The notes under the pieces: model-generated
What the model was told of the DNA's origin: nothing
Databases searched by the model: none
The model's input: the letters and a program-made list of their open reading frames with translations, nothing else
Made by a program: the position numbers and the translations under genes
In this document: positions 1-9,565 of the stretch, piece by piece
Layout: the number at the start of each line of letters is the position of its first letter
How positions within the stretch are numbered: the first letter of the stretch is position 1
NCBI GenBank assembly: GCA_963822445.1
Contig: CAWGHO010000002.1
Coordinates: forward strand, 1,728,001-1,792,000
Source of the DNA: an uncultured Acidobacteriota bacterium
Lineage (GTDB): Bacteria > Acidobacteriota > Thermoanaerobaculia > Gp7-AA8
Length of the DNA: 64,000 bases
Reading direction: 5' to 3'

Positions 1-941
1 GGCGACTGGGAGATGTAGTTGCGCAGGTCGGATTTCGCGGTGTTCGGTGCCGAGGCTCCGTAGAACTCGACCGGATCGAGATCGAAGCCGTCGGAAACGA
101 GCAGCAGATTGCGCGGTACGTGGCGGCGGTAGGAGCTCAGCCACGCCATCAGCGACTCGCGGAAGTTCCCGATCAGGCGGATTTCCTGTTCGACGTACGG
201 AATGATCTTGTTCGAGCCGATGGCCTGGGGCCCTTCCACTGAGCCGTCGAATTCGCGGCGCGCCTCGGGATTGATGCTGGTGCCTGCCGACGACTGACCT
301 GGCTGACCGGTCGGATACTCGAGGATGACAGGCTGCTGCTTGTTTCTTCCCTTCAACGACTCGAGGCTGCCGAGCATGCCGATGTCGCGCTGATAGTCGC
401 GGCGGTGCGCGGCGAGCTGATTGTGGCCGCCCGAGGCTGCGACCTTTTCCAGCGCCGCACGGATCGCAGCCGCGTCGCGGGACCCGCGAACCAGCGCGGT
501 GGGAATCGGGTTCGCGAACACGACGTCGACGGTGCCCATCTGCACGAGGTGATCGACGTGTTTCATCATTTCGCGAGCCGCGCTGACGCGGCCCGTCCCG
601 TTCGCGAGGGTCGTCTCGAAGTAGATGACGTTCTGCCACACCGGACGTCCGTCATCAGCTGCCGCGGCGGCAGGAGCCGGTGCCGACGTATCGATCGCCC
701 CGACGATCCGTTGCGAGCGCAGATAGTCGACGCCGACCACCGCCCGCTCCACTCCGTCTTCGATGACCACGAAATCGCTCGGCTTCAGGCCGGAGGGCAG
801 GTTCCCGCTCGCGTCGCGCACGTCGGCGACCACTTCAATCGCGGTGACGAATACTTGTTCCCCGCCCCCTTGCGGCAACGGTTGCTGCTGCGCCGAAAGG
901 GCGACTGCGGTAGTGAGAAGAAGAGCCAGGATCGTGCGCAT
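1..941 (-). CDS. Secreted VWA-related (acidobacterial-type) protein, paralog B'; runs off the window edge
   Basis: Not in the ORF track; manual translation from ATG at 941 gives MRTILALLLTTAVALSAQQQPLPQGGGEQVFVTAIEVVADVRD...WQNVIYFETTLANG...RNLLLVSDGFD, highly similar to the 1177-2886 and 2898-4562 proteins; signal-peptide-like N-terminus. Confidence 0.85.
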   Translation of the reverse strand, partial: MRTILALLLTTAVALSAQQQPLPQGGGEQVFVTAIEVVADVRDASGNLPSGLKPSDFVVIEDGVERAVVGVDYLRSQRIVGAIDTSAPAPAAAAADDGRPVWQNVIYFETTLANGTGRVSAAREMMKHVDHLVQMGTVDVVFANPIPTALVRGSRDAAAIRAALEKVAASGGHNQLAAHRRDYQRDIGMLGSLESLKGRNKQQPVILEYPTGQPGQSSAGTSINPEARREFDGSVEGPQAIGSNKIIPYVEQEIRLIGNFRESLMAWLSSYRRHVPRNLLLVSDGFDLDPVEFYGASAPNTAKSDLRNYISQS

Positions 942-956
942 TTGGAAAGACCTTTC

Positions 957-1058
957 TTAGGTGGGGATGTCGAGGCGGGTGCCGCCGCCGGCGCGAGGCG
1001 GTTCCTGAGCCCCCGCAGCGAATGCAGCTGCGAGCAGAGGGAACCCGGTTGTACGCAT
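957..1058 (-). pseudogene. 33-codon internally deleted remnant of a fourth VWA-related paralog (A')
   Basis: Translates MRTTGFPLLAAAFAAGAQEPPRAGGGTRLDIPT*, i.e. the N-terminus of 2898-4562 (MRTIGSLFLAAAFAASGQELPQAGG) joined to its C-terminus (GSTRLQIPT). Confidence 0.8.
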
Positions 1059-1176
1059 TCCCTTATTGTGTCACGCGCTCTCGGGGACGAGCGGTTGTTC
1101 CGCAGGGGAAAGCGGCGGTTTCCGTTGCGCTTTTGTTACGAGGTCGTGCGCACTTCGTTCAGCTCGCTTCGCGTCG

Positions 1177-2886
1177 TCACGACGCCGGTGCGCCGGGGAG
1201 CGTCACCCGAGTGCTGCCCCAGACCCCGGTCGTCGTTTCCTCGATGACCAGAATCAGTGCAGTGGCCTTTGCCGGCAGGTCGAGCGGCGTGCGGAATCGG
1301 AAGACGCCTTCGGTCAGGTCGTAGTCGGAAACCGCCCGATTCACGACGATGGCCTCCTTGCCGAGCTGCACCGCCAGCGTGATCCGGAACTGCCCTTTCG
1401 CGCCCGGCGGCAGGAGCCGTTTGACGAGATCGACGTTCGTGAGCGCGCGAAGCGTTCCGCTCTTCTTCGGTCCTGTCGTCGCGGTCCATTCCACCGTCGA
1501 CTCCATCGAGAGGTCGCCGGTGTACGTCGCCGTCTTCAAGAGACCGACGGCGCGCGTTTCGGCCATCGACTCGGGAGTGGCAGAGGTGGCGTAGTGCGCG
1601 GTCCGCACTTTCAGGTTCTTGTCGCGCGCCCGGACCTCGATCTTCCTCGTCTTTCCGTCCGGTTTGCGATCGACCTGATAGGTGAGCTTCACCCGATCGT
1701 CGAGCGACTCCAGCACGCCGCCGAGATGGGCGCTGTTCGAGACGACTTTGCCGCCGGTGCTCTCGGCGATCGCGTTCAGCGGATCGAGCGGCCGGATCAG
1801 AAACGCCTTGGTCGTGCCGCCCTGCTGCCTGTTCAGCGAAGCGTGCACGCGGCCGATCGCGGAGACGGTGGCGTCGTCGACCCAGCCGTCGGCGTTGTTG
1901 TCGCTGGGGATGCTCACCGTGGTCCACGCTGCCGCCGCAAGCGTCTGGGCCATGCGTTCCGCCGAATCGCCCAGCGTGGATTGAGAAACGTAGGCCCGCA
2001 AGTCCATCTGCGCCGAGTTCGTGGATGACGCGGCGTAGAACTCGACCGGATCGAGATCGTAGCCGTCGGTGACGACGAGCAGGTTGCGCGGAACGTGGCG
2101 GCGATAGGAGCTGAGCCAGGTCATGAGCGACTCGCGGAACGAGTTGATCAGCCGGATTTCATGGTCGATGTAGGGGCGGACGCTGTTCGAGTCGAGCGTG
2201 TTGAGCTGCGGCGCGCCCGAGCTGTCGAACTCGCCGCGCAGACGGCTGGTCGAACCGCTCTTGCCCATATCCATCGTCACTTGTGAGCCCTCGAGCTGTT
2301 TGGCCCGGGACTTCAGCGCCGAGACGCTGCTCAGGTTCATCACGTCGCGCATGTAATCGCGGCGGTGTGCGGCGAGCTGGTTGATGCCTGGCGACGTCGC
2401 CACTTTCTCGAGCGCCGCGCGGATGGCAGCCGCATCGCGAGAGTTGCGAACGAGCGCCACCGGAATCGGATTCGCGAACACGACGTCGACAGTCCCCATC
2501 TGGATGAGCGTATCGACGTGATTCATCATCTGGCGCGCCGCGCCCACGCGACCCTGTCCGTTCGCGAGCGTGGTCTCGAAGTAGATGACGTTCTGCCACG
2601 GCCGCGAGGACTCCCCCTGCGGTGCGGCGGGTGCTGACGTGTCGATGCTGCCGACGATGCGCTCGGCGCGCAGGTAGTCGAGTCCCACGACCGTCCGCTC
2701 CACACCGTCTTCGATCACCACGAAATCGCCCGGCTTCAGTCCCGCCGGGAGCTTTCCGTTTGCATCCCGAACGTCGGCGACGACGTCGATCGCGGTGACG
2801 AAAACCTGTTCGCCGCCGGCCTGCGGCGGTTGTTGCGCGGACGTCGTGAGGGCGAGAGCGAGAAAAACGGCAACGGTCGTGCGCAT
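1177..2886 (-). CDS. Secreted VWA-related protein, paralog B (569 aa)
   Basis: Start moved to ATG 2886 (MRTTVAVFLALALTTSAQQ); V-D-V-x-D...GL...DF...EDG N-terminal motif, LLVVTDG, AESTGG, Y...PDGKTRKIEVR...KVR typical of the acidobacterial VWFA-related family. Confidence 0.85.
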   Translation of the reverse strand: MRTTVAVFLALALTTSAQQPPQAGGEQVFVTAIDVVADVRDANGKLPAGLKPGDFVVIEDGVERTVVGLDYLRAERIVGSIDTSAPAAPQGESSRPWQNVIYFETTLANGQGRVGAARQMMNHVDTLIQMGTVDVVFANPIPVALVRNSRDAAAIRAALEKVATSPGINQLAAHRRDYMRDVMNLSSVSALKSRAKQLEGSQVTMDMGKSGSTSRLRGEFDSSGAPQLNTLDSNSVRPYIDHEIRLINSFRESLMTWLSSYRRHVPRNLLVVTDGYDLDPVEFYAASSTNSAQMDLRAYVSQSTLGDSAERMAQTLAAAAWTTVSIPSDNNADGWVDDATVSAIGRVHASLNRQQGGTTKAFLIRPLDPLNAIAESTGGKVVSNSAHLGGVLESLDDRVKLTYQVDRKPDGKTRKIEVRARDKNLKVRTAHYATSATPESMAETRAVGLLKTATYTGDLSMESTVEWTATTGPKKSGTLRALTNVDLVKRLLPPGAKGQFRITLAVQLGKEAIVVNRAVSDYDLTEGVFRFRTPLDLPAKATALILVIEETTTGVWGSTRVTLPGAPAS

Positions 2887-2897
2887 TGTTAGTCCTC

Positions 2898-4562
2898 TCA
2901 GGACTTCGGAGTTGTGGCGGTGGGGATCTGCAGACGCGTACTTCCCCAGACGCCCGTTGTGATTTCTTCGATGACCAGAACGATCATCGAGGCATTCGAC
3001 GGAACATCGATCGGAGTGCGGAACCTGAATGGCTTGCCGGCGAGCACGTAGTCGGAGACGGACCGGTTCACGACGATAGAATCCCTCCCGACCTGCACGG
3101 CCATGGTGATGCGGAACTGCGCTTTTGCGCCGGGAGGAAGCAGGCGCCGGATCAGATCGACGTCCGTGACCGCGCGCAGCGTGCCGTTCTTCTGGCCTGC
3201 CGAAGCCGGTCCCCATTCGATGGAGCCTTCGGTTTTCAGATCGCCGAGGTAGCTCGAGGGTTTGAGCAGACCGAGGGCTCGGGTCTGGGCCATGTCCTCG
3301 GCTGTTGCCGACGTCGCGAAACGTGCCGCGCGCACTTTCAGGTTCGGCCGGCGCGATCGAACCTCGATCTTCCGCGCCTTTCCATCCGGCTTCCGGTCGA
3401 CCTGGTAGGTGAGCTTCACCCGGTCGTCCAGGCCTTCCAGGGCATCGCCGATCTGCGCACTGTTCGCCACGATCTTCCCGCCTGTGGCTTCGGAGACGGC
3501 ATGAAGCGGATCGAGCGGTCGGATCAGGAACGCTTTCGGATTGGTGGTCGGGTGCGCCGAAATCGACGCGTGGACACGGCCGATCGCGGACACGGTCGCG
3601 TCGTCGACCCAGCCATCGGAGCTGTTGTCGCTGGGGATGCTCAACGTCGTCCAGGCGCCGGACGCCAGCGACCGGGCCAGCCGTTCGGACGTGTTCCCGA
3701 GCGTCGACTGGGAGACATAGCTTCGCAATTCCATCTGTTCCTGCGGCGGCAGCGACTTGCCGTAGAACTCGACGGGATCGAGATCGAAACCGTCGGTCAT
3801 CAGGATCAGATTGCGCGGAGTGTGGCGGCGGTAGGAACTGAGCCAGGCCACCAGCGAATCCCGGAAGTCGGAGATCATCACGATCTCCTGCTGGATGTAG
3901 GGAAGGGCGTTGCTCGGGCCGACAGTGAACTCGTTTTTAGGGGTAGCGCGCCCTGATGCGCCACTCAGCACCTGCAGACCGCTGAGCGCTGCGATGTCGC
4001 GGAGATAGTCGCGGCGATGGACGGCCAGCTGATTCGAGCCGGGGGAGCTCGCGACTTTCTCGAGAGCTCTGCGAATCGCCGCGGCGTCGCGCGAGCCCCG
4101 GACCAGCGCGACGGGAGTGGGGTTGGCAAAGACGACATCGACGGTGCCCATCTGCACGAGGGCATCGATGTGTTTCATCATTTCCTTTGCCGCGGTCATC
4201 CGTCCCGTGCCATTGGCCAGCGACGTTTCGAAATAGATGACGTTCTGCCAGAGCGTGCGCTCCCTCGCCGGCTCCGGTGTGGCCGGAGTTGCCGCCGTCG
4301 TTGTCTCGGGGGTCGTGTCGATCGCTCCGGCGATGCGTTCGCGGCGGAGATAGTCGAGGCCGACCACGGTCCGCTCCACGCCGTCTTCGACGATGACGAA
4401 ATCGGTCGGTTTGAGATCAGCCGGCAACGCGCCCTTCGCGTCGCGAACGTCGGCAACGACTTCGATTGCCGTGACATAAACCTGTTCTCCACCGGCCTGG
4501 GGCAGTTCCTGCCCGGACGCGGCAAATGCTGCTGCGAGGAAAAGCGACCCGATTGTGCGCAT
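2898..4562 (-). CDS. Secreted VWA-related protein, paralog A (554 aa)
   Basis: ORF track; signal peptide and the same motifs as the neighbouring paralogs (LMTDG, EATGG, PDGKARKIEVR). Confidence 0.85.
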   Translation of the reverse strand: MRTIGSLFLAAAFAASGQELPQAGGEQVYVTAIEVVADVRDAKGALPADLKPTDFVIVEDGVERTVVGLDYLRRERIAGAIDTTPETTTAATPATPEPARERTLWQNVIYFETSLANGTGRMTAAKEMMKHIDALVQMGTVDVVFANPTPVALVRGSRDAAAIRRALEKVASSPGSNQLAVHRRDYLRDIAALSGLQVLSGASGRATPKNEFTVGPSNALPYIQQEIVMISDFRDSLVAWLSSYRRHTPRNLILMTDGFDLDPVEFYGKSLPPQEQMELRSYVSQSTLGNTSERLARSLASGAWTTLSIPSDNSSDGWVDDATVSAIGRVHASISAHPTTNPKAFLIRPLDPLHAVSEATGGKIVANSAQIGDALEGLDDRVKLTYQVDRKPDGKARKIEVRSRRPNLKVRAARFATSATAEDMAQTRALGLLKPSSYLGDLKTEGSIEWGPASAGQKNGTLRAVTDVDLIRRLLPPGAKAQFRITMAVQVGRDSIVVNRSVSDYVLAGKPFRFRTPIDVPSNASMIVLVIEEITTGVWGSTRLQIPTATTPKS

Positions 4563-4716
4563 CCGCCTATTGTTTCACGCGGATCGCGGCGGCCACGTCC
4601 GTGCGCCTCGACACCGTTGCATTTTGGTCACGACATCCCCGCGCGAGCGGGCTGAGTTTCTGGCATGGTCTAATCATTCGTTTCAGGCGCGGGTGTTGAA
4701 CGCATTGGGAGCCACC

Positions 4717-5712
4717 ATGAGAAAGCTCGTCGTCGTCGCATTTGCAGCGGTCATCGCCTTCCCCCTGTTCGCCACCGACCCCGCCGCGGAACAGCTTGCA
4801 CGCGGCCGCAGCGCGCTCGTGAAACGGGACTACGAGCGTGCCGCCGAGATCCTTCGGAACGGGATCGCCTCTGCGAAGAGCATCGCCAAGCCGGATGAGA
4901 AGAACGAGGCTCTGGCCGCGCTTCACTTCTATGCAGCGGTGGCGACGTACCACTCCGGCCGCGAGTCAGCCGCGCGGTCGCATCTCACCGACTTCTTCGA
5001 ATATCAACCGAATGCGACCCGGCTCGATCCGAAGCGGTTCGAGGCCGGGTTCATCACGTTGTTCAACCAGGTTCGCACCGGCCGCAGGCAGGCCGGGACG
5101 GTGAGCTTCGACTACCTCTATCCGAACTACGAGAAGATCGTCGCCGGGGAGTGGGAGCCCGTTCGCGGCTGGCGCAACACGCCCGCTTTCGCCTTCCTCG
5201 CTACGCCCGAAGAGAAGAAGACCTGGGACGACATCCTCGATCCCGCGCTTCGCGACTCGTTCGTCGTCGATTTCTGGAAGCGCCGCGATCCGACCCCGGC
5301 CGATGACCGCAACGAGTATCGCGAGGAGTTCGAGAAGCGAGCCGCCTTCGCCGACTACTACTTCGGCTCCCTCGACGTTCGTGGCTCGCTCTCCGACCGC
5401 GGCAAGGTTTTCGTCCTCCTCGGACGCCCCGGCGCCATCGAAGCCCGCGGATTCCTGCCGAGCGACGGCCGCCTCTCCCTCGCCGAGAATCTCGATTACG
5501 GCGATGTCGCGCTCGAGATCTGGCGTTATCCCCGGACGGCGCTCCCGGTCGAGGTCCCGACCGCCGGCGTTGCCTATCTGTTCGTCACCCACCGCCGCAT
5601 CGGCGATCATCTCCTTCACGGGCTCAGCGGCATGAACCAGCGCGCCCTGCTGCTCGCCGCGGAGACGCCGCACAAGAAGACGGCCGCGGCCCAGGCGGCA
5701 GCGGCCCGATAA
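4717..5712 (+). CDS. GWxTD domain-containing secreted protein with N-terminal helical-repeat region
   Basis: Start ATG 4717 (MRKLVVVAFAAVIAFPLFA); FWKRRDPTP...NEYREEFEKR.AFAD..F....GSLSDRGKVFVLLGRP matches the GWxTD pattern, with GSLSD in place of GWxTD. Confidence 0.8.
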   Translation: MRKLVVVAFAAVIAFPLFATDPAAEQLARGRSALVKRDYERAAEILRNGIASAKSIAKPDEKNEALAALHFYAAVATYHSGRESAARSHLTDFFEYQPNATRLDPKRFEAGFITLFNQVRTGRRQAGTVSFDYLYPNYEKIVAGEWEPVRGWRNTPAFAFLATPEEKKTWDDILDPALRDSFVVDFWKRRDPTPADDRNEYREEFEKRAAFADYYFGSLDVRGSLSDRGKVFVLLGRPGAIEARGFLPSDGRLSLAENLDYGDVALEIWRYPRTALPVEVPTAGVAYLFVTHRRIGDHLLHGLSGMNQRALLLAAETPHKKTAAAQAAAAR

Positions 5713-5738
5713 CGACCCTGAGGCGTGCCAGCGGGAAG

Positions 5739-5766
5739 AAAGGCGGCTCCGGCCGCCTTTTCGTTT
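5739..5766 (+). terminator. Probable intrinsic terminator
   Basis: Hairpin aaggcggc-tccg-gccgcctt followed by a T-rich tract after the GWxTD gene. Confidence 0.6.
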
Positions 5767-5898
5767 GTCCGTGGCCTGCTTTCCGAGGGGTCCGGAGGCG
5801 GGAATTCCTTTCCCCCTCAATGAGTTGAACCCGATCCACGCCAATTGACTGTTCTGTGATCGGTGTGTTACCTAGCAGCGTTTCTTGGGAGGAATGTC

Positions 5899-6216
5899 GT
5901 GTACGCCATCATCAAATCCGGTGGAAAGCAGTATCGAGTTGCCGAAGGCGATCGCCTTCAGCTCGAGCGTGACGTGCTCGGCAATGCCGATCAGGAAAAG
6001 GTCACGTTCAGCGACGTTCTGATGGTCGGCGGCGACGAGACCAAGGTCGGGGACCCGAACGTCAAGGGCGCCTCGGTCCTCGCGACCGTCCTCAACGAGA
6101 ATCGCGGCGAGAAGATCATCGTCTTCAAGAAGAAGCGCCGCAAGCACCACACGAAGCGGAAGCACGGCCACCGTCAGGATCTGGTCGAAGTCCGCATCGA
6201 CAGCATCAAGCTCTAG
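5899..6216 (+). CDS. rplU: 50S ribosomal protein L21
   Basis: GTG start after GGAGG; [13 protein letters not shown]...[11 protein letters not shown]...GHRQ signature. Confidence 0.97.
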   Translation: MYAIIKSGGKQYRVAEGDRLQLERDVLGNADQEKVTFSDVLMVGGDETKVGDPNVKGASVLATVLNENRGEKIIVFKKKRRKHHTKRKHGHRQDLVEVRIDSIKL

Positions 6217-6227
6217 GGAGATCGCAA

Positions 6228-6491
6228 ATGGCTCATAAAAAAGGTCAAGGTTCTTCGCGCAACGGTCGCGATTCACAGCCGAAGATGCTCGGTGTCAAGC
6301 GGTTTGCCGGGCAGTTCGTGACCGGTGGATCGATTCTCGTCCGCCAGCGCGGCACGAAGTTCTACCCGGGCGTCAACGTCGGCATCGGGCGCGACCACAC
6401 CCTCTTCGCGAAGATCGACGGCATCGTCGACTTCAAGGACAAGGGCGAGCGCGGCCGTTTCGTGAGCGTCACCCCGGCCGCCACCGAGTAA
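6228..6491 (+). CDS. rpmA: 50S ribosomal protein L27
   Basis: [16 protein letters not shown]...ILVRQRGTK signature. Confidence 0.98.
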   Translation: MAHKKGQGSSRNGRDSQPKMLGVKRFAGQFVTGGSILVRQRGTKFYPGVNVGIGRDHTLFAKIDGIVDFKDKGERGRFVSVTPAATE

Positions 6492-6496
6492 GCGCA

Positions 6497-6565
6497 CTCT
6501 GGACTGCGGCGGCAGGGCCGCCGCTCTCATTCGCGGCAGCGACGAGCTGCCGCGTTTTCTTTTTT
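6497..6565 (+). repeat. REP-like palindrome half plus terminator hairpin
   Basis: ctggactgcggcggcagggccgccgctct resembles the arms at 44698-44793; followed by cgcggcagc-N5-gctgccgcg and a T-tract. Confidence 0.6.
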
Positions 6566-6599
6566 ACGGCATACCCTTAGCAGTGGGAAGTGAGTTGAG

Positions 6600-7631
6600 A
6601 TGTTCATCGATCAGGCAACCATTCGCGTGAAAGCCGGAGACGGCGGACACGGGTGCGTGGCCTTCCGCCGCGAGAAATTCGTTCCCAAGGGCGGCCCATC
6701 CGGCGGTGACGGCGGCACGGGCGGATCCGTCTGGATCGTCGCCTCCCGGCGTCTGAACACCCTCTACCACCTCAAGTTCCAGCGCGAGTGGAAAGCCGGC
6801 CGTGGCGAACACGGAATGGGCTCGAACTGCTCCGGCGAACAGGGGGGAGACGTCACCATCGAGCTTCCGATCGGCTCCGTCGTTCGCGACCAGGAAAGCG
6901 GCGATGTCATCGCCGACCTTTCCTACGACGGCGAGCGCGTGCTCGTCGCGAAAGGTGGCCGCGGCGGCTGGGGCAATCAGCACTTCGCGACGGCTACCCG
7001 CCAGGCGCCCCGTTTCGCGCAGGACGGCAATCCTGGCGAAGAGCGCGAGCTCTTCATCGAGCTGAAGCTCATCGCCGACGTCGGTCTGGTCGGATTGCCG
7101 AACGCCGGCAAGTCCACGCTCATCTCCGTGATCAGCGCGGCCAAGCCGAAGATCGCCGACTATCCGTTCACCACTCTCGTTCCGAATCTCGGCGTGGTCA
7201 AAGCCGACGATACGCAGACCTTCGTCGTCGCGGACATCCCCGGCCTCATCGAAGGCGCGCACGAAGGCCACGGCCTCGGCGATCAGTTTCTGCGCCACGT
7301 CGAGCGCTGCGCGGTGCTGGTGCATCTCGTCGATCTCTCCACGAACGAGACGCCCGACGTCGACGCCGAAGTCATCGCCCGCGAGCTCGGATTGCACTCG
7401 CAGACCCTCGCCGAAAAGCCGCGCATCATCGTCGGCTCGAAGATCGACTCCGCCGTTCCCGGGAACTCCGAGAAGCTTCGCGCGTACGCGCAGAAGAACG
7501 GGTTCCAGTATCACGAGATCTCCGCGGTCGTCGGCGACGGCGTTCGCGAACTCGTTCGCCTGCTTGCGCGATTCGTGCGTGAACAGCAGGTGCGCGAGGA
7601 GGCACTGGCCGCCCCCTCGCCGACAGCATGA
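6600..7631 (+). CDS. obgE: GTPase ObgE/CgtA
   Basis: MFIDQATIRVKAGDGG..FRREKFVPKGGP glycine-rich domain; GLPNAGKST, DIPG motifs; rplU-rpmA-obg synteny. Confidence 0.97.
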   Translation: MFIDQATIRVKAGDGGHGCVAFRREKFVPKGGPSGGDGGTGGSVWIVASRRLNTLYHLKFQREWKAGRGEHGMGSNCSGEQGGDVTIELPIGSVVRDQESGDVIADLSYDGERVLVAKGGRGGWGNQHFATATRQAPRFAQDGNPGEERELFIELKLIADVGLVGLPNAGKSTLISVISAAKPKIADYPFTTLVPNLGVVKADDTQTFVVADIPGLIEGAHEGHGLGDQFLRHVERCAVLVHLVDLSTNETPDVDAEVIARELGLHSQTLAEKPRIIVGSKIDSAVPGNSEKLRAYAQKNGFQYHEISAVVGDGVRELVRLLARFVREQQVREEALAAPSPTA

Positions 7632-8245
7632 ACATCGGAATCTGCGGCGGCACCTTCGATCCTTTTCACTGCGGCCATCTCGAACCGATCCTCGCGGCGC
7701 GGCAGACGATGCGCTGGGATCGCGTGCTGTACATCCCCGCTTTCATCCAGCCTTTCAAACAGGACCGCGCCACCGCGTCGCCGTTTCACCGGTTCGCCAT
7801 GATCGTGCTCGGCACCGAGGAACATGAAGAGCTGCACGTGTCGCCGCGGGAGCTGGAGCGCGGATCGGTTTCCTACACGGTCGATACCTTGAAAGAGCTT
7901 CGCGAGGAGCATCCGGACGCGACGCTGGACTGGATCATCGGAGACGACAACCTGGCCAAGCTGCTGGAGTGGAAGTCGCTCGACACGATCTTCACCCTCG
8001 CGAACTTCGCCGTGCTGACGCGCGGTGGCCAGGAAGTGTTGCCCGTCCTCCAGCCGCGCGTCACAGAGCCACAGAACCGTACAACCCACGGCGCGATCGT
8101 GTTCGCGGAAAACGCGATGGTGCCGGTTTCATCCACCGAGATCCGCAGGCGCATCGGCGACGGCGATACGATCGACGGTCTGGTCCCGCCGCGCGTCTCG
8201 CATTACATTCACCACTACGGACTGTACCGAAAGGGTCAAACGTGA
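7628..8245 (+). CDS. nadD: Nicotinate-nucleotide adenylyltransferase
   Basis: GGTFDPFHCGH, SYTVDTL, IIGDD, VSSTEIR motifs. Confidence 0.95.
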   Translation: MNIGICGGTFDPFHCGHLEPILAARQTMRWDRVLYIPAFIQPFKQDRATASPFHRFAMIVLGTEEHEELHVSPRELERGSVSYTVDTLKELREEHPDATLDWIIGDDNLAKLLEWKSLDTIFTLANFAVLTRGGQEVLPVLQPRVTEPQNRTTHGAIVFAENAMVPVSSTEIRRRIGDGDTIDGLVPPRVSHYIHHYGLYRKGQT

Positions 8246-8637
8246 GCGACTCCTCGATTGAAAGCCGCGTGCGCCTGGCAGTGGCGGCGGCGCTCGACAA
8301 GAAAGCATCGGACCTCGACGTTCTCGCGGTCGGCGATCTCACTTCGATCGCGGACTACTTCATCCTTGCTTCCGCGACCAACGAGCGGCAGGCGGCGGCC
8401 ATCGCCGATGCCGTCACGGACCGTCTTCGCGAGGAGATGAACGTCAAGCCGCTGCTGGTCGAGGGGACGACCCCAGGCCGCTGGGTCCTGATCGACTTCG
8501 GCGACTTCATCGTGCATATCTTCACCGAGGATGTCCGCCGCTTTTATGGGTTGGAGCGGCTTTGGGGCGATGCGCCGAACGTGACGGCGGACTTCACCGG
8601 AGAAGCCGACCGCCGTGGCCTCAAGAAAACAAGCTAA
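8242..8637 (+). CDS. rsfS: Ribosome silencing factor
   Basis: GTG 8242 overlaps the nadD stop; DKKA.D...DYFILAS...WVLIDFGDFIVHIF...FYGLERLW. Confidence 0.95.
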   Translation: MSDSSIESRVRLAVAAALDKKASDLDVLAVGDLTSIADYFILASATNERQAAAIADAVTDRLREEMNVKPLLVEGTTPGRWVLIDFGDFIVHIFTEDVRRFYGLERLWGDAPNVTADFTGEADRRGLKKTS

Positions 8638-9565
8638 TCCGCGGCTGAAGGACTTCTTCCGCACGCGCAACGCGGCGATGCGGAACGTGCTCGAGACCGC
8701 CGAAAAAGTCCTCGACCACGACGTCAGCATCCTCATCCTCGGCGAATCCGGATCCGGCAAGGACTACCTCGCCGAATCCATCCACGCCTGCAGCAACCGC
8801 CGGAACGAGCCGTTCGTCCACATCGAGTGCGCGGGCATCCCCGCCGAGCTTTTCGAGAGCGAGCTGTTCGGACACGAGAAGGGGACCTTCACCGACGCGC
8901 ACACGCGCAAGCTCGGCAAGCTCGAGGTCGCGGGTCGGGGCACGGTCTACTTTGACGAGATCTCCGCGCTCACGCCGCAACTGCAGGCCAAGCTGCTTCG
9001 CGCGTTTCAGGAACGGCGGTTCACGCGACTCGGTGGAAACACGCCGTTGCCGTTCGAGGCGCGCGTCATTTCGTCTTCGAATGCCGACCTTCCCGCGCTC
9101 CTCGCATCCGGCGAATTGCGCCGCGACTTCTACTACCGCATCAACGTCGTGACCGTGACCCTGCCGCCCTTGCGCGATCGTCGCGAGGATGTCGCATCAC
9201 TGGCGAAGCGCTTCCTCAAACGCGCCGCGCGCAAGTTTCGGGGATTCGATGACGCCGCGCGGAATCTGATCGAGAGCAGTGCCTGGCCGGGCAACGTTCG
9301 CGAGCTTCGCAACGTCATCGAGCGCGCGGCGCTGCTCGAAGAAAGCGATGAGATCACCGCGGCCTCGCTCCCCATCGGCGTGTCGGCCGATCTCGTCACG
9401 ACTGCCGCGCGCGCGGCGTGGACGTTGGACGAGCTCGAAGCGCATTACATCCGCGAAGTGCTGAAGATGACCGGCGAGAATTACTCCAAAGCCGCGGAGA
9501 TCCTGGGCATCAATCGCAAGACGTTGCTCGAGAAGCGGCGCAAGTACGGGCTCGGCCAGCCATGA
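8615..9565 (+). CDS. Sigma-54 enhancer-binding protein (AAA+ plus Fis HTH) with no sensory domain
   Basis: GESGSGKD Walker A, ESELFGHEKGTFTDA, FDEI Walker B, WPGNVRELRN, C-terminal NYSKAAEILGINRKTL. Confidence 0.9.
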   Translation: MASRKQANPRLKDFFRTRNAAMRNVLETAEKVLDHDVSILILGESGSGKDYLAESIHACSNRRNEPFVHIECAGIPAELFESELFGHEKGTFTDAHTRKLGKLEVAGRGTVYFDEISALTPQLQAKLLRAFQERRFTRLGGNTPLPFEARVISSSNADLPALLASGELRRDFYYRINVVTVTLPPLRDRREDVASLAKRFLKRAARKFRGFDDAARNLIESSAWPGNVRELRNVIERAALLEESDEITAASLPIGVSADLVTTAARAAWTLDELEAHYIREVLKMTGENYSKAAEILGINRKTLLEKRRKYGLGQP

